Positions 26,809 through 38,600 of a stretch of DNA of 64,000 nucleotides are shown in pieces. This DNA is from Octopus vulgaris (taxonomy: Eukaryota), in assembly GCA_951406725.2 (NCBI GenBank), contig OX597819.1:70308001-70372000 (forward strand), written 5' to 3'. Below the pieces are notes generated by a model. The model had not been told where the DNA came from and searched no databases. It saw nothing but the letters and a program-made list of their open reading frames with translations. How positions within the stretch are numbered: position 1 is the stretch's first letter; each line of letters begins with the position of its first letter. The translations under genes were made by a program, and so were the position numbers.

Positions 26809-29800
26809 AGTGTGGAGTGAAAGCGCTTACAGAGGCCAAGGTAATGCATGTAAGACTTGAGATTTTTAAAGAAGAATGTTATGATCGAGAAAGTGAATCA
26901 CAATGACCTTTTTGTGTGCACAGTTTGTGACAGAGCATGCCTTTCTTTTGCTGGTCTTGAATCTCATTTGCGGACCTATGAAAAACGAACCTCCACCAAT
27001 TATTCTGCCTATATGTCTGTGCACACCTTTCAATGCAATGTATGTCATAAGGTCTGCAAATCTAATGGAGGCCTCAACAGACATCTTAAGATCCACAAGG
27101 ATCAGTACTTATTTACAGCTGTTGGTGATCCAAATTGGATGTGCAATCTATGTGGGTGTCTTTTCAAAACATTGTTTGGTTTAAAAAGCCACATCAGACG
27201 CCATGATGGATCTAAGGTGTGGGTGCAGGAGGTGGTCAGACTCCGCATAAGGAGCAGACAATCACCATATGTCCCCACCACATACTATTTGACAGTTGGT
27301 GTTGGTTTGTTTACATCCCAGAACTTAGTGGTTTAGCAAAAAAGAAATAAATAAGTGCCAGGTTTTGAAGAATAAATGTACTGGGGTCGATTTGTTTGAT
27401 TAAAAACAAAAGATGAAAGATGCCTGTCATCATCATCACCGTCATTTAATACCCATTTTCCATGCTGGCATGAGTTGGATGGTTTGACAAGAGCTGGCAA
27501 ATCAGGGGATTGCACAAAATGTCGGTGTCTTCTGCTTTTGGCTGGGTGCCCCTTCTTAATGCTAACCACTCGGTGTACTAGGTGCTTTTTACGTGGCACT
27601 GATACCAGTGAGGTCACCAAATAATTTGCAAGGCAAAGGGGGTGGCTTATATCAGCTGATGAGAAGTTAAAGTATGATAGGGAAACAAGAACAGATGTCT
27701 AATTGTAGACGAACACGTGGCTACCCCTTTTGGAAAAAGAGAGGGGAGATGATGGTGAAGATATGTCAGGATGTGCCCTCGAGTTACTAGGTATTTGCTC
27801 TGTGGGAAGAAGCTGGTTTCCTAGCCACATGGTTCCAGGTTCAGTCCCACTGCATGGCACCATGGGAAGTGTTTTCTATCAGGTCATCCAATTAGTTCTG
27901 TCCGAATTTTGAATAAAGAAAACAAATGATCAAATGTTATATTTAATTGAAGTTTAATCATCAATGTACTTTCCCTGATTGTCTATGACATCCTTCCATC
28001 TATTTACAAGCTTTTTTAATTCTATCAATGTAAAACTCTTTTGGTTTCAAAGCAAAGAACTTTGAAATGTCAGTTTCGACCTCTTCCTGGCTTGTGAAAG
28101 TTATGTCCCCCAAATGATTCTGTAAGCACATTTTGTTGCATCCGCAGGCCGATATACTCGTATGTACAAAATATAAGAAACCTTTCAATTGTAAAATTTA
28201 TACAATATTCATATACCTATTTTTGAGACATAGGTTGCTTTTCCACTACAACTTAAAATGTTTAGACTCGAACAGAAATCGTCCAGTAATTGCCATTTGA
28301 ATGGAAATTTTGTTTTCACTATAAAACACATATTGCTAGGTTTGTACCACCCCCTTGAGACCCAACTCTAGCTGAAAAATATAGTATACCTCATAAGTAA
28401 TATAAACATCCTAAATTCAGTGGCAGTGTTAATGGAGATGTTATGCGTTAATTTAATGTGTTAAACATATCTTTTATTAATGTATGTCAAATAGTGGAGG
28501 CGCAATGGCCCAGTGGTTAAGGCAATGGACTCGCGGTCGTAGGATCGCGGTTTCGATTCCCGGGCATTGTGTGTGTTTATTGAGTGAAAACACCTAAAAG
28601 CTCCACGAGGCTCCGGCAGGGGGTGGTGATCCCTGCTGTACTCTTTCACCCACTCTTTCTCACACTCTTTCCTCTGTTGGCCTGCTCGCTTAGCCAGCAG
28701 GGTGGCGTCATCTGAAGGCTAAAACAATGCGAACGCATTGTGACCAGCGATGTGTAACTACATCTGATGGACTGGTCGGAAGAAAATATCAAATTATACA
28801 TAGATATATACAAGATTTACACAGATATAAAAGTCAGAACTTGTGGTCTGCTCGCAGACCTTTTCATTGGAAATTTTTGTCCACCACACTAAAATGTTTC
28901 CCCACCTCTGGACTAAAAGGGTTAATGCAATCTCATGTTTTGTTGTTTAGAATCCTGGCAAATTAAAACTTCAAAGAGAAAATGTGGTGTTCAAGAACTT
29001 AAAGACTGGTAAAGTCGATCAATATTCAAGCAGTGATATTGAATCTGTCTGTTGGCTGAAACGTGCCTGTGGTAATTGCCTCAAGATTATACTTCAAAGT
29101 GGAATAATACACCGCTACGATGGAATACGAGAATCAGTAAGTTTATGTTATTTTTATTATCATAATTATTATTATTATTTAACTATTGTTTATGTTAGTT
29201 TGTATCAGGTGTGGGTTGGTCATGTGGCTCGGATGTTGAGCAACCAACTCCCAAAGACAGTTTTCTTCAGTGAGATCAAGACTTGAGGTAGGCTTTGTGG
29301 ACATCCAAAGCTTCATTTCCATGATCATCTTGAGCAGTTTCTCATTTTCTGTACTGTCACCCCCAATCAGTTTGTGGCCCTGGCTGTTAATCAGAAGGCT
29401 TGGAAATCTGTATGCTGCTGGAGTAGAGAGCTTCCAAACCAGACACTAGTGACTGCATGAAGAGAGGAGGAGATATCATCATCTACTCCTTGAGGCTGTT
29501 GTTCAGTCTCACCATCAGTGCCACAGGATCTGTGTATCTCATATTGGTCTTGTCAGTCACATTTGCTCCCATGAGAAACAATGTGCTGGAGGTGTAGAAG
29601 AATGTCTTGGATCAACGCTGCTATCACCTATGAGTTGTAATGTGTTATTAAGCTGTTTTACAGTTTATTAAATTGTATATTATGATTTCAATGTATGCTA
29701 TGTATTTTATTAAATGTAAGCGGTGGGAGATTAAATGTAGGAATGAGAGATGATAGATTGGAATAGAGGTAAATGTTATGAATGAACAAGAGTGAAGTAA

Positions 29801-32563
29801 AGATTATTTGCCAACATAACATGGCAGTCCCGGTTTAGGACGAATGTTGCTGTAATTTAGCCTCATAAGACATCATCTCCAGCTGGCTATACGACACGAT
29901 CTGTGTCCTTATATTTTCGAACAAAGGAATCCAGCAACCCCACTCAGCTCAAAACAGTATCCTAAATCGGGACTGCCATGTTATGTTAGCAAACAATCTT
30001 TATGCCAAAGTACTGTTGCTGAATATATTGTGAGATTTACAAATAGTAATTTTCTAATTTATAAATCAGTGACTAGTTGTCACTTTGAAAACTATATATT
30101 TTGAATGGGAATTTGGCAGCGCCATCTCTAGCCGAACAATTATTCTGTGCTGATGAAGAGAAATAACCCAGAAATCACGATACACAGATATTGTTGTGAG
30201 ATTTACAAATAGTAATTTTCTATGAGTGAAATAGTTGAAGGTAAAATGAGTTGTGGTAAGGTAATAAGAATAAAAAGTAGGTGTCTATAGAAATGGCTCA
30301 GGAGAGAGGAGGTGATGACTTGCAGTGCAGGAAAAGGATGAAGAGCAGCAAAATAATACTAAAAGTGTAGGTCAGTAGTTCTCAACCATTTCTTATCTGT
30401 GGATTCCCCCCACCTTTTTTTTTTTATATATATTTTAATCTGGTGGTTCCCCCTCATCACTATTTGATATTTAAAAACTAGTTTTAATATACTTCTTTCA
30501 AATTCCCATTTTTTCTTTTCACCTGTGCTGGTGGCATATAAAAGGCACTGTCCAAACATGGTTGATGTCAGGCCCGCCTGAGTGGCTCCTGTTCTGGCGG
30601 CATGTAAAACGCACCATCCGAACGTGGCCAATGCCAGTACCCCCTGACTGGCCCCTGTGCTGGTGGCATGTAAAAAGCACTATCTGAACATGATTGATGC
30701 CAGGCCTGCTTGGCTTGATGGGTCTTTTCAAGCACAACATAATGCCAAAGGTCTCGGTCATTGCCTCTGTGAGGCCCAGCACTTGAAAGGAACTCAGCCA
30801 CTTTGCCTTCGTGAGGCCCAATGCTTGAAAGGTGCTCTTTATGTGCCACTGGCACAAGTGCCTGTTATGTAACACCAGCATTGGCTTGACGAATCTTCTC
30901 AAGCAAATATATTCATAGATAATCTGTTAGCAAAATATTCAAGACATAAGCCAATAAATGTGATATATATATATATATATCTTTGACATTGCTTTCTGGT
31001 TTTGTTCAGGAATACGACAAATTGTCATCATTTGTTATGAAACATTATGATACCACCTTGGAGAAAGTAGATTGTTCTGTTAGAGGCTGGAACTGGGGTG
31101 TGACCCGTTTTAGAGGTGAGTTTTTTTTTGTTTGTTTTACAAATGTTTATTTACATTTCTAATATGAGGAGTAAACTTTCCAGATTTTTGCAGTTAAATT
31201 TTTTCAATTTCTACCAGTTAGTTTTTTTTCTAGAATTTATCTTAATTTTAATTTTCAGAATCTAAAATAATTATTTTCAGTTTTGTGAAGGGACATGGGT
31301 TGGTGGTTAGGGTATTGCATTCACAATCACTAGATCTTGAGTTCAATTCCTGGACCAAGTGATGCCCTCTGTTCTTGAGCGAAACACTACATTTCATGTT
31401 GCTTTAGTCAGGTGTTCCCAAACTTTTTCAGGCTGTCATTCCCTCGGTACCCAGGCCACATTCCTAGCACCCCCTCCTTCCCCACCACAAATATAGAATC
31501 GTTAGCACACCGGGCAAAATGCTTAGCGGTATTTCCACCAAGGTTGACTTTGCCTTTCATCCTTTTTGGGATCGATTAAATAAGTACCAGTTACGCACTG
31601 GGGTCGATATAATTGACTTAATCCCTTTGTCTGTCCTTGTTTAGCCCCTTGTGAGCAATAAAGAAATAAATATAGACCACTTCCTACAGCAAATTCAAAG
31701 CAACTGTATTTCCAAATAAAACTTAAACCTAATTAACCTATTAATATTTTAGATTTTACATCTATCACCCCATTATCATCCTCATGGATCTTTCCACCAC
31801 CCCCAAGGGTCAGTACTTCCCACTTTGGGAACCACTGCTTTAGTCTACTCAGTTATAAATGGGTAACCCTGACAAACTAGCTTTCAGTCAGGGCAAATGT
31901 TGACCTGCTTTAATCAAGCTAAAACAATGCAAAAGTGCATTGTGACCAGCGATGTATAACAACATCCAAGAGTCTGGTTGATGATGTAATTTCCAGTTTT
32001 AATATTAGTAAACAATTTGGATTTTTCGTATTCGGTTTGCAAGATTCTTGATGTGAACTCGTTGGAGTAGCAAGGGTATGTCATTAATGAGGTTGAAAAA
32101 TGGTGGCAAAGGGATTGATTAATCTAGCTGACTGATGACTGATTGATTGACCAAACAATTAATCAGATAATCAATTAGGTAAATGGTTAACCAATGGACA
32201 AATAATCCTTTCTACTACAGGAACAAGGCTTCAAATTTGCAAGGAGGGAAATAAGTGAGTAACATCGACCCCCCCCCCCCTCCAGTTTTCACCTGGTACT
32301 TATTTCATCATCCCCAAAAGGATGAATGGCAAAATCAACTTCAGTGGAATTTGAACTCAGACTGTAAAGATGGACGCAATGCCTTTATTCATTTTGCCTG
32401 GCGTGCTAACAATTCTACCAGCTCACCACCTTGACAAATACACTTCTCTTTCACACTCTCATGAGCTTTCCACCCCACTCATCCTCTCCAATCCTTGGTT
32501 CCATTTATATACACCTCCCAGTAACTGGAGTGTATTCCACCCCATCACATTATTCTCCATCAT

Positions 32564-32600
<37 letters not shown>

Positions 32601-35600
32601 AGGTTTCGCATTCCCTGAAAAACTCCTGTTTCTGTCCCTCTATTCACACTCTAACCCTTCATCACTTGGCACGGAACCACCTTCCTTATTTGGCAGCGGG
32701 GTTCTTGCCTTGTAAGTTACTTGTAACTTTGCTGTTGCCACATAAAACCTGCCAGGGTTGCAGCGAATATTCTGCTCAATACTACAGATTTGCTTGTCAG
32801 TTGCTAGTCCTTAACCAATTGAGCATGTCCCTTACATTTATCTCGAGCAGGAGTAGTGGGGGAGCATCATTGCCACGTGTTAAGAGGGATTCTTTGGGGT
32901 TTGAATAATTCACCCCTGGAAACATGGGTGTTTTATTCATCATTCTTAAGCAACCCTTGTTCAGAGACCTTTTGTGTGGGATGTGCTACGATCTGAAGAA
33001 AGTTCTAGCTGGGCCCTCCCTACATGGTCATGTGCTGTTTATCTTGATATGAGGTCACCATGTCATACAGATAGTTGTGATGAATGTACCCATCATGACT
33101 ACCCTTATCAGATGGTCAGTCATGATGGGTATATTGGACTTCATATATTTGTACCCCACTGTCATTTTGACGGCATGCACTTCTCTCTCACTCAATAATA
33201 ATGTTCTCCTTTTTACAGGTAATGCCCTCAATTTTGAAGTTGAGAAAAACATGGCTTTCGAAATTCCTTTGACCAATGTCTCACATGCAACAACAAACAA
33301 AAATGAAGTCACTTTGGAATTTCACCAGAACGATGATGCTGCTGTGTCGTTGATGGAGCTGCGCTTTCACATCCCATCTGAACTGGAAAAGGATGTCGTG
33401 CAGGACTTCTACAAAAATGTCATGTCCAAAGCAGACATTATCCAGGCTACAGGCGATGCTATTGTTACATTCGATCAAGTACAATGTCTTACACCCAGGT
33501 ATATTGATTTCTATGTAGCTCAAACTCATATCACATATCTTACCTGCAGTTATCACACCTGTGACTGTTTGTAGCTTAGCATGACTTGATTAGTTTTCTC
33601 CACACTGTTTAGTTTTTCGCTTGAGTTTGCCATTTATCATACTCTATTCCTTTCCACTTCATTTTCCATTTTGCAGTATTTTTCAATCTTAGTCTAAGTC
33701 TTCCACAGTTTCTTTTTCAAATTACTATCACTCTGTTTGGCAAGATCAAGAACGAAGAGATCTTCCGGTGTGCTGATCTAACTCCGATGATGGAAATCCT
33801 CATTGCTAGAAATTTACTTTAGTTGGGATATGTACACAGGAAAGACAGCAACAGACTCCGTAGACAACACACACACACACACACTCTCTCTCTGTCTCTT
33901 ATGCAGCCCAGCCCATTTAAATTTTGCTCTGATTATCCAAACACTGCATGTTCTTTGCTAAGTACTATCTGCCCATCCACAATAACAGGGGTTAGTAAGA
34001 TGTCAGTATTGACCCATGGGACACTACAAGACGTTCATAAACACTTGGAATTATTCTGAGCATTAAGGATGCATTTTTACATGGCACCAGCACCAGTGAG
34101 GTCTGTTTTGGCATGTGTTTTTTTTTACAGCTGGATGCCCTTCCTAATGCCATCTTCTTTACATAGTGAACTGGGTGTTTTTTACATGGCACTAACTAGT
34201 TCTACTTTGGCATATTTTTAGCTGGATGCCCTTCCAAATGCCAACCACTTTACAGTGTGGATGCATGTATATATGTGTTTCTGTAAATTGCTTGCTCTCA
34301 TCTAATTTCTTTTTTTCTTTCTGTTTCCAGAGGTCGATATGATATCAAGATCTACCCTACATTTCTCCAACTCCATGGTAAAACATTTGATTACAAAATT
34401 CCTTACGCCACTGTACTTCGGCTTTTCTTACTTCCACACAATGACAGACGACAGATGTTTTTTGTGGTAAGTGGTTTGGCCCCTTATGTCCATCTTTATA
34501 ATTTCAGGATAACTTTTTATGTAATATCTATTTCTTTATTGCCCACAGGGGGCTAAACATAGAGGGGACAAACAGAGGGTTTAAGTCGATTACATCGACC
34601 CCAGTGCATAACTGGTACTTATTTAATCAACCCTGAAAGGATGAAAGGCAGAGTCAACCTCAGCGGAATTTGAACTCAGAACGTAACGGCAGACGAAATA
34701 CTGCTAAGCATTTTGCCCGGTGTGCTAACGATCCTGCCAGCTTGCTGCTCTTTATATGTAGTATCATCATCATTATCATTGTTTTATCTTCCACTTTTCC
34801 ATGCTTGCTTGGATGAGGCAGATTTCCTACGACTGGATGCCCTTTCTTTTGCCAACCAAGAAGCACCAAGCTGTGAAGTGGTTGTCATCCAACCATTGAA
34901 ACCAAGCCAAATCAGACAATTGGAGCCCGGCGCAACTCTGCAGCTTTCCAGCTCCAGTCAAAAATGTCCAACCCATGCCAGCATGGAAAACAGATGTTAC
35001 ATGATGATCATGATGGTGATAATGATAGCCAACATGTTTTCCTGGAAGATTGCTAAGGAAGGATATCGCTTGCATAGTGGTGGCACTCACAAGTATCACA
35101 TGATGTGAAGTCATAGAGATAGTAACATATACACACGAACACATTTTCATACATATACATGACAGGCTTCTTTCAGTTTCCATCTGCCAAATCCACTTAC
35201 AAGGCTTTGGTTGGCCCAAGGCTATAGTAGAAGACACTTGCCCAAGTGCATTATTTGACGGATATTTGTCCTCATCTTGTTTGTTGTTAACACATTTCGG
35301 CTGATATATCCTCCAACCTTCATCATTTGTCTTGGGGAAATTTCAAACCTGGGTTCTCATTCCTAAGGTATTTCTCGATGTTATTATTATTCAAGTCACG
35401 GGCATATGGTGTAGCGGTTAAGAGTGCTGGCTACTAACCCCAAGATTCTGAGTTCGTTTCCAGGCAGTGACCTGAATAATAATAATAATAATAATAATAA
35501 CATCGAAAAATACCTTAGGAATGAGAACCCAGGTGCGAAATTTCTCCAAGACACCTGGTGAAGGCTGGAGGGTATATCAGCCAAAATGTGTTAACAAGAA

Positions 35601-38600
35601 ACAAGATGAAGACAAATATCCGTCAAATGTAAATAATGTAAATAATGCACATAATTCCTCATCTCTTAAATGTAGAACTATACTTGCCTGAGGTGCTACA
35701 TAGTGGGCACTGAACCCAGAACCATGTGGTCTGGAAGCAAACCTCTTGACCACGCCAACCCTGTTGTTAAATGTAAACCAGTAACAATATAACCCATGGT
35801 CTTTCTATTTGTGATCTTTGTCTTTCAGGTCAGCTTGGATCCACCTATAAAGCAAGGTCAGACGCGTTATCACTTCCTTATTTTACTTTTTAACAAAGAC
35901 GACGAGATGACCACAGAACTAGCCTTATCAGAGTAAGTATGCTTGTTCCTAAAGATTTGGTTTTGGAATCAAACGTTCCCTCTCTCATTTTAATTTACGT
36001 CTTTTTGTGCAGATATGAATTGAATTTGTTTACAATATATTGAATCCTTACTTATCTTGGCCTTGTGTCTTTATACCTGGGCAGAGCACAAACATTCTGA
36101 TAATTAACATCACAACTTCTTCTCATTTCTTCTGCCCCGAGGCACTTTTTGCCATCATCACACAACTCTTTCACTCTGCACTTAATTTTAATCTTTTATC
36201 TCTTGTGCTCCATGGACAAAGCACTGACACAGGTACTTTTTACATGGCACCAGCATCAGCAGGGTTGCCAAATAACTTGCAAAACAAAAACTACTTAGTT
36301 GAAAGGGTAGGGGTGGAACTGAGAGACATTGCTGTGTGCCAAGCAAGAGGATAGTGTGATAGAGGGACAGAATATAATAGTTGTCTTACTATAGGGGAGA
36401 TATTTGGCTACCCCAGGAGTGGAAGAGGAGAGGGAGTTAGAGAAAGATGGAAACAGGTGAGAGAGAGAGAAATAAATGGTGCTGAAGATGTATTGGAACC
36501 TACCAACAATGTAGAGGGGTATAAGTAGTACAGAGGGGTTCCATAACAGTGTGATGTATATTTATAATGCTTGCCTCATTTCTCTCCAGTCTACAAATCA
36601 ATGCTTAACCCTTTCGTTACTGTATTTCTGTTGAGATGTTCTGTGTTTCTTTCAATTACTTTAAATATAACAACGAACTTAGTAAAATAACTTAGTTATC
36701 ATTATGCTAGTGTTAGGAGCATAAATTGTGACCAAGGTTTGATGGAAGATTTTAATTCAAAACTTATCAAAACAAGACATTTGTACTACAGAGTCAGAGA
36801 CTGTTTCAGCCGGGTTGATATCAAAAGGGTTAAGAATTGTTTCTCTATTATATATTTTAACCCTTTTCTTACCATATTTCTGTCAAGATGCTCTGTGTTT
36901 CTTTCAATTACTTTAAATATAACAAAGAATTTAGTAAAATAATTTTTTTACCATTAAGCTAATGTTAGGAGCATAAATTGTGACTAAGGTTTGGTGAAGG
37001 ATTTTAATTCAAAACTTCTGAAAACAAGACATTTTTATTACAGAGCCTGAGGTGGTTTCTGCTGGGTTTAGTAATGTCCACATTTCACTACCATTCAGCA
37101 CCATACATGAAACAGTTTTACCTTTTGCACATAAAAATTCCTTGGCACCAGGTCATTTCTGTAGTCAGTCAGAACTCTGGTCAAAGTCATTCCATCTGTG
37201 ACCATCTCATTTACATTTTTCATTTAATCCAGGAGTGTCATATCCAATGTGTTGTACCCTTCCATTTTTAAGACAGATATTTGAGGAGATTAAGCCAGAA
37301 TTTCGTGTGGTTTTGAGCATTTATTTAGGATAGTGGTTCTCAACCATTTTTTACCCATAAGATCCTTTTGAATCCTATCTTACGCAGGTGGAACCTTATA
37401 GCCATACAATGTTTAAATAATCCAATAGTATTTTTATAATTAAATATCAGAAGAATTTTATATAAAATATTGTTAAAAAGAATTATTTTTTCTGTTGAAT
37501 AAGTGTAACCAATTTATTGCTGATGAATTTCATGAACAAAATCTTACAACCCCTCACGGGTCATATGGCCCTTGTTGAAGACCATTGGTTCGGGGCTTCT
37601 TAATTCTAAGTGGCTAAAATTATCTGCTACATATAATGATCTAACTGATATTTTCGTCATCATCATTTAACGTCAGTTTTCCATGTAGGCATGGGTTGAA
37701 CAGTTTGATAGGAGCTAGCAAGCTGGAGAGCTGTGTCAAGCTCCATCATCATCATCATTTAACATCCATTGTCTATGTTGGCATGGGTTAGACGGTTTGA
37801 GCAGGCTGGCCAGTTAGAAAGCTGCACCAGACTCCAGTCTGATTTGGCATGGTTTTCTATGACTGGATGCCCTTCCTAACGCCAACCACAGTGACATGGG
37901 CGCCAATTTGTGTGACTGTTCAGCTTGATTGGTCTTCTTCTCGGGCACGATGCAATGCCAAAGGTTTTGGTCATTGCCTCCATGAGGCCCAATATTCAAA
38001 AGCAACTCAGCCACTTTGCTGCCATGAGGCCCAATGCTTGATTTTGGCAAGGTTTCAATGGCTGGATGCCCTTCCTAACACTAACCACTTTACAGAGTGT
38101 GTTGGATACTTTCTATATAGCACCAGCGCCGGTGCCCTTTACATGGAACCAGCCTGGATTTCAATCCAATAAACAGTGCAGAGCCAAGTTTTTTTTTTTT
38201 TGTCATTCATGAATCCAAAACTTGAATTATTTTCATATTTATTTTGTTTTTTATTGTTTTATTTTTCTTTCTTATTCAAAGAGAAGAAATACAGAAGAAA
38301 TATGAAGGAAAATTAACCCGTGAGATGTCTGGTACAGAGTATGAAGTCATTAGCAAAATTTTCAAAGCTGTTGTTAACCGTAAAATTACTGTTCCAGGTG
38401 TTTTTGTCAGGTGAGTTCTAAACAGCCCTCCTTTTTGTTCTTTGCACATCTGTGGAAAAATGACATGGTGTTGACTTATGAAAAACATTTAATATACCTT
38501 TTAGTATATTATGGTTGCCTAACGAAATACAGTGTGCCTATGAGTCATTAATATTTGTGTACCAACTTCCAGGAATGTGTTTAATGTGTAAAGTTGATAT

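Noticed and set aside
38279-38281. AAG acceptor of exon 7 as an anomaly
   Set aside because: AAG is an uncommon but normal acceptor; the strong pyrimidine tract and correct phase support it.
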